From an uncultured Verrucomicrobiae bacterium (lineage in GTDB: Bacteria; Verrucomicrobiota; Verrucomicrobiia; Chthoniobacterales; JAATET01): a stretch of DNA of 64,000 nucleotides. Location of the stretch: NCBI GenBank assembly GCA_963719495.1, contig CAVRCI010000015.1, positions 96,001 to 160,000 on the forward strand, read 5' to 3'. The notes under the pieces were generated by a model that was given only the letters and a program-made list of their open reading frames with translations, had not been told where the DNA came from and did not search any database. The position numbers and the translations under genes are program-made. Shown here one piece after another: positions 21,024 to 30,361 of the stretch (positions are counted from its first letter, which is position 1; every line of letters begins with the position of its first letter).

Positions 21024-21560
21024 CTAGTTAATAGAAACGATTGACGCGAACGAATAGTCCGTCCGACCTGGGGTGCCTGTGGCAGCGCCGACCGGAGTAT
21101 GGACATTTACGGTTACCTGGGAAAGTCCATCGCGTGGCGTGTCAACTTCCCAAGAGACTTCGACGGAAAAAGCCGCGAAATCAGATCCCGTGCTGTCGGA
21201 GTTGTGGGAACCAACGAGTTCCCCTTCCTCATTGAATTCGAGGGTGGTTGATCCGTTCACAGTCAAATCAACCGCTGTGACCTCTACGGTGGTTCGATCT
21301 CCGACCGGGTCAGCGTTATCAGCTGGGAGAAACGGAGGGGTTGCTGAGAGGCCCGCGAAGGTTGTTCTAGCAATAAACGTTGCCTGTGTCTCAGTCCGAC
21401 TGTCAGCGGCGTTGCTTAGAGCTACAGGCAACAGACCGAGGATGCCAACCAACGCGAATGACATAATTCCAACGGCTAGGACGATCTCGATCAGAGAGAA
21501 TGCTGAATTTAAGGCCTGTTTAGCTTTTTGCCGACTAGAAATTAGATTGACCAAGTGCAT
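21024..21560 (-). CDS. Verru_Chthon cassette protein B-like (PilV/GspI-like prepilin)
   Basis: AFSLIEIVLAVGIMSFALVGILGLLPVAL; TGATG overlap with the upstream gene. Confidence 0.8.
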   Translation of the reverse strand: MHLVNLISSRQKAKQALNSAFSLIEIVLAVGIMSFALVGILGLLPVALSNAADSRTETQATFIARTTFAGLSATPPFLPADNADPVGDRTTVEVTAVDLTVNGSTTLEFNEEGELVGSHNSDSTGSDFAAFSVEVSWEVDTPRDGLSQVTVNVHTPVGAATGTPGRTDYSFASIVSIN

Positions 21561-22252
21561 CACTGGGTTGCCGTCTGAGTGACGTCAAGGGTCGCACGTC
21601 CTGTGTAGCGGGCGAAAGCAATCCGCTCGAGGCCGTTGTGTTTTTTCTGAGCTACGCGGGCCTCGTTCCCGAAATCATCGCGAACTCCTTCAGTCACAAA
21701 AAGGGCCAATGTGCCGTTGTTCGGAAACGAGATAACGCCCGTCGGCTTGAATTGAACGTAAGAAAATCTGTCTTCGTCTGAAGATGTAGTCCCGGGTGGA
21801 TGAAAGGAAAAATCGGTCGGTTTGGCGGCGGTCGAAGCCGGAATGATGGTGTTCTGCTGGCTGTAAAAGAGCGTCTTTTCTGGAAGCTTGATCCATTTTG
21901 TGAGCTGCACGTAGTCCGATCCAGCCGGTCCCGAGTCCCAAGGAAGCCTCTCTCGAACCACCATGATGGAATCAACTTCGGGAAACGCCCTCCTCCAAAG
22001 AATAACGGTGACATTCGCTCCGCTTTCGAGGGCGGCGACTCGGGCTTGTTCGAAGGTGTTCATTAGGGTGGTGACGGCTCCTTTTCTTCCGGCGGTGCTG
22101 GCCATGTTGCCGATGGCGGGGGCCAAGAGGCTGAGCATGACGACGAGGATGGCCATGACGGCGATGAGCTCGACGAGGGAAAATGCCCGGGGCCGCGGTC
22201 GGCTGGGGCGACCGGGGTGGCTGGACGAAGAGTTGGCTTTGCCGATGAGCAT
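21560..22252 (-). CDS. Verru_Chthon cassette protein D-like (FimU/GspH-like prepilin)
   Basis: AFSLVELIAVMAILVVMLSLLAPAI, EQARVAA, YVQFKPTG, YTGRAT; start inferred at ATG 22252. Confidence 0.8.
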   Translation of the reverse strand: MLIGKANSSSSHPGRPSRPRPRAFSLVELIAVMAILVVMLSLLAPAIGNMASTAGRKGAVTTLMNTFEQARVAALESGANVTVILWRRAFPEVDSIMVVRERLPWDSGPAGSDYVQLTKWIKLPEKTLFYSQQNTIIPASTAAKPTDFSFHPPGTTSSDEDRFSYVQFKPTGVISFPNNGTLALFVTEGVRDDFGNEARVAQKKHNGLERIAFARYTGRATLDVTQTATQ

Positions 22253-22508
22253 CCCCAATCTCTTGCCGTCTGATGGGTGGGTTCGCAAAATACAAACTGT
22301 GACAACAGTGTAACTTGCTTCGAGAGAATGTCGATGGGTGGGATGCGTCCGGGAGGCTGACGCACGAGCACGGTGGTCGCGCCCGGCGGCGCGTGGACCG
22401 GTGGAGCGCGGAAGTTGAGTGGAGGACGAGAACATGAAGGATTCGATCGGGCGTTCTCCGGCGGATTTTTTCGGTCGGAGAACGAATTCGACTTGGTGGT
22501 GACGTTTC

Positions 22509-22525
22509 AGCAGTCGGCGTGCCAA
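22509..22525 (-). promoter_or_regulatory. Putative sigma54 (-24/-12) promoter upstream of the pilin-like cassette
   Basis: Minus strand TTGGCACG-CCGA-CTGCT; GG-N10-GC spacing, one mismatch to YTGGCACG-N4-TTGCW. Confidence 0.5.
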
Positions 22526-22744
22526 GGGGGCGCTTCGGGACGGTAGTCTGGGCGGTGATCGAGCGGTCTGATCCGTCGGAATCGAGGGGAATGTCGGTTG
22601 GGACTCTCGGCGCGCCTGAGTAGCTCGAGGTGCGAACGGATTACGTCCGTTTGCCCGGGCTGTTTCGAATAAGTCTTCGTCCGACGGTCGCTGGGGAACG
22701 TCCTCACGGTGGGATCGGGCATCAAACTCAAATACGACATCATC

Positions 22745-22999
22745 ATGGGCATCATTTCCTGGATCATCTTCGGCCTCATTGCGGGGGCTATCGCGAAACT
22801 CATCATGCCGGGGAAAGATCCGGGCGGCTGCATCATCACGATGATTCTGGGTGTCGTGGGTGCGGCTGTCGGTGGATGGATCGGGACGTTGCTCGGATTT
22901 GGTGGGGTGGATGGGTTCAATATCGGCAGCTTTGGCGTTGCGGTGTTGGGCGCGATTGTTTTGCTCCTGATCTACCGCCTGGTTTTGGGACGGAAGTAG
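22745..22999 (+). CDS. GlsB/YeaQ/YmgE-family membrane protein
   Basis: MGIISWIIFGLIAGAIAKLIMPGKDPGG..AVLGAIVLLLIYR. Confidence 0.92.
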   Translation: MGIISWIIFGLIAGAIAKLIMPGKDPGGCIITMILGVVGAAVGGWIGTLLGFGGVDGFNIGSFGVAVLGAIVLLLIYRLVLGRK

Positions 23000-23228
23000 G
23001 GGTTGGGGTGCGATCCCCGCGCGGTTCTCGATGGATGGGGGGATTGTTTTTAGGTCTTCGTCGGCGGGCTCCGCGGGTCGGTTGCCTTTGGGGGTGTCGC
23101 TCCCCGGGGTGTCGCTCCGCTCAACCCCGCGCTGCCGTCGCTGGGATACCTTCGGCATCCTTTTGATTTGGGGAGCCTTGGCTGGTGGCGCGGCTGGTTG
23201 GATTCCACTGGCTCCTGGTGTCTGGTGG

Positions 23229-23274
23229 GTGAGGTGAGACGCCAGAGATGCTTCGCTTCGCTCAGGATGACAGG
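23229..23274 (+). repeat. REP-like element, family A
   Basis: Near-identical to 36-81. Confidence 0.8.
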
Positions 23275-23300
23275 TTTGGTTGAACCGCTTACGCGGCTGA

Positions 23301-24266
23301 TCAGACGTCTTTGGGGCGGTAGATGATGATGCCGGCGTGGTCGCTCGAGCCTTCGAGGTAATCGGAGATGTTGGTGTCGAGGATGACTTTGCGACCCTTT
23401 TCGCGACTGGAGGTGGCGTGAAGGATGCGGGCTCGGTCGCCGTCGCGGACGATGAGGCCGACGTGGGAGGTGTAGCCGGAGGTGTCGCGGGAGGTGATGG
23501 CGACGACGTCGCCGGTGCGGAGTTGGTTCTCGATGCCGCGGACTTGGGCGCGGGGGATGTGGTAGACGGGGAGCGCGGAGACTTTTTCCTGGATGCGGGC
23601 CATTTCGGGAAGGAGTGACCGGTCGTTGCGGAGGTAGCGGTAGCTTTTCCACATGGCGGTCATTTCGGTGATGTTGCGGCGGAGGCGGACGCCGCCGAGG
23701 TCGCGGGTGGGGTTCGTGGAGAGGCCGCGGCGGGTGTTGTCGGCGAAGACTTCTTCGAGGAAGTGCATGCGGGAGAGGTAGCCGCCGGTGCAGCGGCCGT
23801 CGCGGTAGCGTTCGAGCTCGATCATGGCGAGGAGGTCGGTGGGGGCGTAGGGCGGGGGTTGCGCTCGGAGCATGCGGGCGAAGCCGAGGGAGATCTCGTA
23901 GAAGGTCCAGCAGTCGAGGCCGGTGAAGTCGGCGGAGGGGGCTTCGATGCGGTCGTCGATCTCGAGGGTGTAGTTCTCGTAGGGGGTGCCGACGAGGGCC
24001 TGGCCGACCTGGGCGGTGCGGGCTCCGATGGGGAGGGCGCGCCAATTCTCGCGGGTGGCTCGGGCGACGAGCCGGTCAAAGCGGTCGCGACCCTGGAAGA
24101 CGGTGTCGAGGGGGAGGCGGAGTTGGGAGGGGGTGCGGGGGGTGGTGCCGGCGGTGACTTGGAAGACGGTGGGCGCGCCAAGCAGCAGGGTGGCGAGGAG
24201 AAGGAACGGTTGGAAATTTTTGATACGGGGCCGCGGAAGAATCCGCCGGGTGGCGGGAAAGGGCAA
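23301..24266 (-). CDS. DUF1460 N-acetylmuramoyl-L-alanine amidase-like protein (NlpC/P60 clan)
   Basis: LVGTPY, GLDCWTFYE (Cys), RMHF, SHVGL (His), ILHATS; start uncertain. Confidence 0.8.
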   Translation of the reverse strand: MPFPATRRILPRPRIKNFQPFLLLATLLLGAPTVFQVTAGTTPRTPSQLRLPLDTVFQGRDRFDRLVARATRENWRALPIGARTAQVGQALVGTPYENYTLEIDDRIEAPSADFTGLDCWTFYEISLGFARMLRAQPPPYAPTDLLAMIELERYRDGRCTGGYLSRMHFLEEVFADNTRRGLSTNPTRDLGGVRLRRNITEMTAMWKSYRYLRNDRSLLPEMARIQEKVSALPVYHIPRAQVRGIENQLRTGDVVAITSRDTSGYTSHVGLIVRDGDRARILHATSSREKGRKVILDTNISDYLEGSSDHAGIIIYRPKDV

Positions 24267-24340
24267 GGGACGGCGCGTCGGGTCTTGTCATTTTTCGCGG
24301 AGGGGTGGATGGTCGTCGAAACCCCCAAATTCCAAGACTT

Positions 24341-24901
24341 ATGCCCGCAGAAAATTCCGGCAACTGGCAGCTCAAAAAATACGACGACGGCGAGATTTTC
24401 GGACCGGTCAACTTCGGGAAGATCCTGGAGTGGGCGGGGACGGCGCAGATCGCTCCGCAGGACATGCTCTCGGAGGACGGTCTCGTCTGGACGAAGGCTC
24501 CGATGATCCCGGCTCTGAAGATGGATTGGATCGTGAAGCTGGACGAGGGGCATTACTACGGGCCGACGACGGTGGGGGCGCTCCTGGAGTTTTTCCAGAA
24601 TTTCGAAATCTCTGAGAAGACGGTGGTGCTGGATTGTTGCTCGGGCAACGAGATGCCCTTCGGTGACTGCACGTTTTTCCCCCGCGAGAAGGAGGAGGTG
24701 ACGACGGAGGATTTGATGGCTCGGGCGCCGTCGAAGGGGATCATTCGGTTGAGTCTGCAGAAGCGGATTCGGGAATTGGAGGTGAATCTGCTCGAGAAGC
24801 GTCGGCAGGTCGATCTGGCGGCGGATACGATCCATCAACTCGAGAACCGGGTGCGGGAACTCGAAGCGCGGCTGCGCGAGGTGCAGGGGTTCGGCGGGTA
24901 G
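24341..24901 (+). CDS. Hypothetical protein with tandem GYF_2/DUF4339-like modules and a C-terminal coiled coil
   Basis: Two W....G..(F/Y)GP repeats (GEIFGPV, GHYYGPT); heptad-rich C-terminus. Confidence 0.6.
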   Translation: MPAENSGNWQLKKYDDGEIFGPVNFGKILEWAGTAQIAPQDMLSEDGLVWTKAPMIPALKMDWIVKLDEGHYYGPTTVGALLEFFQNFEISEKTVVLDCCSGNEMPFGDCTFFPREKEEVTTEDLMARAPSKGIIRLSLQKRIRELEVNLLEKRRQVDLAADTIHQLENRVRELEARLREVQGFGG

Positions 24902-24966
24902 CGGGATGGTCGGGGTCGGGTCGGGTGGGCGGCCCCTCGATTTCTGGCGAGTTGGGTTGATCGGTT

Positions 24967-25362
24967 GTGGCGCGGGTTTTTGTCTACGGAACGTTGCGGC
25001 GGGGGGAGTGTCGGGATCTCCGGGAGAACTTTGGCGGGGGCAGATTCTGTGGGCGCGGACGGGTGACCGGCGTGCTTTACGACCTCGGGGATTACCCGGG
25101 GCTGCGGATCGGAGGGGGGGGCGGGCGGGTGGTCGGCGAGATTTTCGAAGTCTCGCGGGAGACGCTGGTTTTGCTCGACCGGCTCGAGGGCTACGATCCG
25201 GCGAACGTGGCGGAGAGTGAATACACGCGGGTGCTCGTGCCGGTGGTCTGGGACGACGAGGGGATCGAGGGGTGCTCGACCTACGAGATTGCGGAGTGGC
25301 ATTGCGCGGGACGTGCGCGGATCGACGGCGGGGATTGGGTGCGGCATCGGATTGGGGCGTAG
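24967..25362 (+). CDS. Gamma-glutamylcyclotransferase (AIG2-like)
   Basis: VFVYGTLRRG, LYDLGDYPGL, VVGEIFEV, LDRLEG. Confidence 0.88.
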   Translation: MARVFVYGTLRRGECRDLRENFGGGRFCGRGRVTGVLYDLGDYPGLRIGGGGGRVVGEIFEVSRETLVLLDRLEGYDPANVAESEYTRVLVPVVWDDEGIEGCSTYEIAEWHCAGRARIDGGDWVRHRIGA

Positions 25363-25570
25363 CGTCGCGTGGGGATGCGGGATGGGCTGCGATCCCTCCG
25401 GGATCGGCTGTTGCGGGGGGTGGGAATCCGGGGGTCTGCGACCCCCGGCTACCGTGGCTGAAATCCCTTCGGGATTTGACGGCGCGTTTCGGGATTTCGT
25501 TTGATCCGGCGAGCTGTGGGCACGTTGGGCTTGCCTTCGTGGGGCGGCTCCATTTTGCTCTGTCTCACTT

Positions 25571-27556
25571 ATGAGCCTAGATTTCGATTCTCTCACTTTG
25601 GCCTGCCGCGACGCTCGTGGTTTGGCGATCGACGCCGTTGTGAAGTCCTCGTCCGGCCACCTCGGTCTACCGCTGGGGGCGACGGAGATCGGAGCTGTGC
25701 TCTACGGTCATTCGATGCGGCACAATCCGGCGGACCCGACGTGGATCAACCGGGACCGCTTCGTTTTATCGGCGGGTCACGGCAGCATGTTTCTTTACGC
25801 GTGGTTGCACATCGCCGGGTATGACGTGACGCGCGAAGACGTGGCGAATTTCCGGCAGCTGCACAGCAATACGCCCGGGCATCCGGAGCATTTCGAGACG
25901 CCCGGGGTGGAGGCGACGACGGGTCCGCTGGGACAGGGTGTGGCGAACGCGGTCGGCTACGCGATTGCGTCGAAGCTGGCGGAGGCGAAGTTCAACACGG
26001 CGGAGCACGCCATTTTCAATCACCACGTGGTGTGTCTGGCCGGCGACGGCTGTCTCCAGGAGGGGGTTGCGCAGGAAGCCTCGGCGTTGGCCGCACACTT
26101 GGATCTCGATAATCTGATTCTGTTCTACGACTCGAATAACGTGACGCTGGACGCGATGGGGCCGGTGTCGCAGAGCGAAGACACGGGAGCACGCTACGCG
26201 GCTTACGGCTGGGACGTGCACGAGATCGACGGGCAGGACCTCAAAGCGGTGGCGGCGACGTTCGAGCGGGCAAAGGCGGCGACTTCGGGCAAGCCACAGT
26301 TCATCATCGCCAAGACGCTGATCGGGAAGGGCATCCCGGAGGTCGCGGGCACTCAGAAGGCGCACGGTGAAGGGGGGGCGAAGTTCGCGGACGAGGCCCG
26401 GGCTGGTCTCGGGCTGCCGGACGAGAAATTCTTCGTTGCACCGGAGACCCGGGCGTACTTTGCGAGTCACCGGGAGACCCTGAAGGCGGTCTACGATGAG
26501 TGGACGGAGATGTTCAAGGCGTGGGAAGCCGCGAACGGGGATTTGGCGCGCGAACTTGCCGACGCGAAGGCGAACAAGGTACCGGATTTGTTGAGTGTCA
26601 TCCCGGAGTTTGATCCGAGCGAGAAGATCGCAACGCGGAAGGCGGGAAGCGTGGTGCTGCAGCCCATCGCTCAGGCCATGCCGCTATTGATCAGCGGGAG
26701 CGCCGATCTGCATGGCTCAACGCTGAACTACATCAAGGAGGGCGGGAATTTCGACCGGAAAGATCGCGGCGGGCGCAACTTCCACTTTGGCATCCGCGAA
26801 CACGCGATGTGTGGTGTGCTCAACGGCATCGCTTATGACGGAATCTTCCGACCGAGCGGCGCGACGTTCTTGGTCTTCAGCGACTACGCACGCGGGTCGA
26901 TCCGACTGGCGGCTCTCTCGAGTCTGCCGGTGGTCTTCATCTTCACGCACGATTCCGTCGGGGTTGGCGAGGATGGTCCCACCCACGAACCGGTGGAGAC
27001 GGTCGCCGCGCTTCGAGCCATCCCGAATCTCGACGTGATCCGTCCGGCAGACCCGGAGGAAACGGCCGGCGCTTTTGCGGCGGCGTTCGAGCGAGTGGAA
27101 GGACCGACGACGCTGGTGTTGTCGAGGCAGGGTGTGCCGACGTTGGACGAGATCCCGGTCGCGGAACGCCGCCAAGGCGCCTTCAAGGGTGGTTACATCG
27201 CCAAGCGGGAACGGGGAGAACTGACGACCATCCTGATGGGGAGCGGCAGTGAGGTCCAGCACGCCATGAAAGCGGCGGAAAGCCTGGGCGATGGCACGCG
27301 CGTCGTTTCGATTCCCTGTTTCGAACGGTTTCGACGTCAATCAGAAGCCTACCAGGAAGAAGTTCTTCCGAAAGCCTGCCGCAATCGCGTGAGCATCGAA
27401 GCCGGGGTCTCGGATCCTTGGTTCCGGTTCGTCGGATTGGACGGTAAGACGGTGGCGATTGATCGATTTGGCCTGAGTGCCCCGGGTGCAACGGTGATGA
27501 AGGAACTCGGCATGACCGCCGAGAACGTCGTCGAGGCGGCTGGTTCGCTCGGTTGA
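25571..27556 (+). CDS. tkt: Transketolase
   Basis: [61 protein letters not shown]. Confidence 0.97.
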   Translation: MSLDFDSLTLACRDARGLAIDAVVKSSSGHLGLPLGATEIGAVLYGHSMRHNPADPTWINRDRFVLSAGHGSMFLYAWLHIAGYDVTREDVANFRQLHSNTPGHPEHFETPGVEATTGPLGQGVANAVGYAIASKLAEAKFNTAEHAIFNHHVVCLAGDGCLQEGVAQEASALAAHLDLDNLILFYDSNNVTLDAMGPVSQSEDTGARYAAYGWDVHEIDGQDLKAVAATFERAKAATSGKPQFIIAKTLIGKGIPEVAGTQKAHGEGGAKFADEARAGLGLPDEKFFVAPETRAYFASHRETLKAVYDEWTEMFKAWEAANGDLARELADAKANKVPDLLSVIPEFDPSEKIATRKAGSVVLQPIAQAMPLLISGSADLHGSTLNYIKEGGNFDRKDRGGRNFHFGIREHAMCGVLNGIAYDGIFRPSGATFLVFSDYARGSIRLAALSSLPVVFIFTHDSVGVGEDGPTHEPVETVAALRAIPNLDVIRPADPEETAGAFAAAFERVEGPTTLVLSRQGVPTLDEIPVAERRQGAFKGGYIAKRERGELTTILMGSGSEVQHAMKAAESLGDGTRVVSIPCFERFRRQSEAYQEEVLPKACRNRVSIEAGVSDPWFRFVGLDGKTVAIDRFGLSAPGATVMKELGMTAENVVEAAGSLG

Positions 27557-27700
27557 CGGATCGAAGCTTGGGCTGGCGCAGAGGCGGATGCCGAGGGCCA
27601 GCTCGCGTGATCACCGAGGCTCCCGGTCCTTCGACTTCGGGCTAAACGATCGGATCGTTGTCGTGCCGGGCAGGATTCGAGGCCTCGGCGCATCGGTCCT

Positions 27701-27848
27701 GAAAAAAATGAGACAGGATTTACAGAATGATCGGGGATGACTTACGAGGCGGGGGGCGTTCACCCTGTGAGTGAGCGGGAATTTTGTTCGAAGTCGCTGA
27801 AATTCGATCCTTTCAATCCTGTAAATCCTGTTCATTCCCGGATTTAGG
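27701..27848 (-). repeat. About 150-bp MITE-like element, copy 2
   Basis: Reverse complement begins CCTAAATCCGGGAATGAACAGGATTTACAGGATTGAAAGGAT, nearly identical to 14799 onward. Confidence 0.75.
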
Positions 27849-28283
27849 ATGCTTGGACTCGCCGCGCGGGTGCGATCGGAATGAGAGGGCAAGGCCCCAG
27901 CCGAGCCGTGACCCCGCAGTCCATTCGGCCGTTTTTTGCTCCACGGCGGTGAGATGGAAATCGGCTCGGCAGGAGCCTCGCCCTCCGGGTTTGGATTTTG
28001 GCTTCCCGGCGATGGCTTCGAGTCTGGTTTTTCGCGTCCTTTTCATTCTTCAGCAACTGGTGTGATACCCAACATCGCTTTTGAGGAGACTCTTTGGGCG
28101 ATGGGTCTGTGAATTGATTCCCGCGCGCAACCGTTCTTCCGCTCAGAGCGCGCCACGGTCCGAACGAAGGCTGCTGGCTCTTCAAAAACTCATCGCTGGA
28201 AACATTCGTTACGTGAAAAGAAAATTGTCTTGGTTGGGGCGCTCTTCGAGGCTACAACAGTTGCGTCTCATCAAACAATTCTC

Positions 28284-28484
28284 ATGAATTCCTCACCGCC
28301 AGCGACCGACACCTCCACTTCAGCAAATCCCGGTTCCCATCCGGCCCTGACGCTATCCGTTTTTGCAGTCGTTCTGGTTCTGATCATTGGTGCCGGGAGT
28401 ATGGTCTCGAAGGAGCGCAACGGTGCCGCCGCGTCGGATGAGAAAGATCTACCAAGCCTCCTGAGCAAAATTCTTCCCCAGTGA
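28284..28484 (+). CDS. Small single-TM protein (paralog 1)
   Basis: 66 aa; SHPALTLSVFAVVLVLIIGAGSMVS resembles the neighbouring ORF. Confidence 0.55.
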   Translation: MNSSPPATDTSTSANPGSHPALTLSVFAVVLVLIIGAGSMVSKERNGAAASDEKDLPSLLSKILPQ

Positions 28485-28576
28485 ATCGATCAGCATTCAA
28501 TCCGAAAACCCAGGACTTGGCACAGTTTAAGCGAAGCAACTAACGTGTCAGCAAACGCAACTTAACCCGAGCTCAT

Positions 28577-28771
28577 ATGAACCAAAACAATTCCGAATCC
28601 ACCAATCAAACCGTTGCCGCTTCTCATCCGCTGAAGACGATGATCCTACTTGGCCTCACCATTGCGATGGTGGTCGGCTCGGGGAGTTACGTTTCTTCGC
28701 TGCGGCACGAGACCGAGCCGACGGTTCAGCGTGCGACCGGGCTGTTCGAAATGGTTTTCCAGAGCGAGTAG
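28577..28771 (+). CDS. Small single-TM protein (paralog 2)
   Basis: 64 aa; SHPLKTMILLGLTIAMVVGSGSYVS; followed by a terminator. Confidence 0.6.
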   Translation: MNQNNSESTNQTVAASHPLKTMILLGLTIAMVVGSGSYVSSLRHETEPTVQRATGLFEMVFQSE

Positions 28772-28853
28772 ATTAAACCGGGGCATCCGGTGGGTCGTGG
28801 GGTCTCGCCGGATGCCTGTCAGGTTTGCAAGGTCTCGAATCGATGTTTCGAGG

Positions 28854-28884
28854 AGAAGGCTTTCCGCGGAAAGTCTTTTTTTTT
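28854..28884 (+). terminator. Rho-independent terminator
   Basis: AGGCTTTCCG/CGGAAAGTCT hairpin plus a long T run. Confidence 0.65.
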
Positions 28885-29064
28885 GCTCTGGCTGGGAGAT
28901 CGATGCTGGGCAGGGGACCGCTTGCACGGTGGACGGAGGTGAGGGGGACCGGCGGCGGCTCGGGGAAGCGCTCGCCCTCCGCTAGCGAAGGGTCTCGAGC
29001 GGTTTCCCGATGCACTCACGCGGGCGCGATTGTGGTCGCGGGGAGGATTCGGTATCGGTAGCGG

Positions 29065-30021
29065 ATGTCGATTAGGAGATTTGGATGGGCGACCGCGGTG
29101 GTGGCGGCGTTTGGGGTGATGGGATGTGCGACGTTTGACCGGCCGGTCCCGGCGGAGGAGGAGGTCGGGCTTTCGGCGCGGGACCGGGTGGTGCGATTGC
29201 AGATCTTTTTGGATTCGGTCAATTTCGGGCCGGGAGTGGTCGACGGTCGCGACGGGGAGTTCACGGCGAAAGCGCTGGGCGAATATCGGCGGGTGATGGG
29301 GCGGGATCCGGACGTGGGAGGCGTGGTTCCGTACACCACCTATGTGATCACCGCCGAGGATGAGGGTCGCGTGGGGGCGGCTGCGTCGGGTCCGGAGGAC
29401 ATGGCGACGCGGAAGCGTCTTCCCTACGCGAGTCTGACCGAGCTGCTGGGTGAACGGTTTCACACGACGGAATCGTTCGTCCGGAAGCTCAACCCCGGGG
29501 TCGAGCTTGATCGGGCCGTGGCGGGGACGCGGGTGAAGGTGCCGAACGTGGCGCGGCCGCTTCGGGTGGCGAAGTTTCCGTCCGCCTACCCGGCGGCCGT
29601 GGCTTCCGCGGTGGCTCCCCGGCGAGTCGTGATCGATCTGCGCGAGCGGTTGCTGCGCGTGATCGGCGGGGATCGTTTGTTGGCGGTCTTTCCGATCACT
29701 CCGGGGTCGAGCGAGCATCCGGCTCCGGTCGGCGAGTGGAAGATCCTGGGCTTGGCTCCGTGGCCGTGGTTTCGCTGGGACGATGGGGTGCTCGAGCGGG
29801 GGGTGCGGACGGAGGTCGCGTATCAGATCCCGCCGGGGGTCAATAATCCGGTGGGGATTCTTTGGGCTGGTCTGAACAAGCCCGGGGTCGGGATTCACGG
29901 CACGCCGTCGCCGGAGACGATCGGGCGCTCGGGGAGTCACGGATGCATCCGGTTGTCGAACTGGGACGCGGCGACTTTTTACACGTTGGTGCCGAAAGGG
30001 ACAGCGGTGACGATCCGCTGA
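29065..30021 (+). CDS. L,D-transpeptidase (YkuD family) lipoprotein
   Basis: Lipobox-like VMGC; PG-binding LQIFLD..GPGVVDG; GIHGT...SHGCIRL. Confidence 0.9.
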   Translation: MSIRRFGWATAVVAAFGVMGCATFDRPVPAEEEVGLSARDRVVRLQIFLDSVNFGPGVVDGRDGEFTAKALGEYRRVMGRDPDVGGVVPYTTYVITAEDEGRVGAAASGPEDMATRKRLPYASLTELLGERFHTTESFVRKLNPGVELDRAVAGTRVKVPNVARPLRVAKFPSAYPAAVASAVAPRRVVIDLRERLLRVIGGDRLLAVFPITPGSSEHPAPVGEWKILGLAPWPWFRWDDGVLERGVRTEVAYQIPPGVNNPVGILWAGLNKPGVGIHGTPSPETIGRSGSHGCIRLSNWDAATFYTLVPKGTAVTIR

Positions 30022-30186
30022 TCGAGGATCGACACGGCGTGCGTCGTTTTGTTTGGCCGCAAAGAGGCGCAAAAGGCGCAAGAACGCTGACCCTTTCGGA
30101 GAATGGATGTCTTGCGAAGGTGCGAAGCCGTTAGGACGGAGGGGGATAAAATCGCTCGGGGCTTGGCGCGAGGCCATCGATCCCTT

Positions 30187-30339
30187 GAAAGGAAATTGAG
30201 ACAGGATTTACGGAATTGACGGGATTACGGTGAGGATGGGTCTATCAATTTCCCTCACTCATCGAGAATATGGGCGATTTTCCGGAAGTGACGGAAATTC
30301 AATCCTGATAATCCTGTGAATCCTGTCCATTCGCGGTTC
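30187..30339 (-). repeat. About 150-bp MITE-like element, copy 3
   Basis: GAGACAGGATTTAC ... AATCCTGTGAATCCTGTCCATTC termini match copies 1 and 2. Confidence 0.65.
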
Positions 30340-30361
30340 CAGGGTCTTTCGAGCGGTAAGT

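Noticed and set aside
22253..23158. Long N-terminal extension of cassette protein D (532-aa ORF)
   Set aside because: Overlaps the GlsB/YeaQ gene on the opposite strand; the prepilin motif places the real start near 22252
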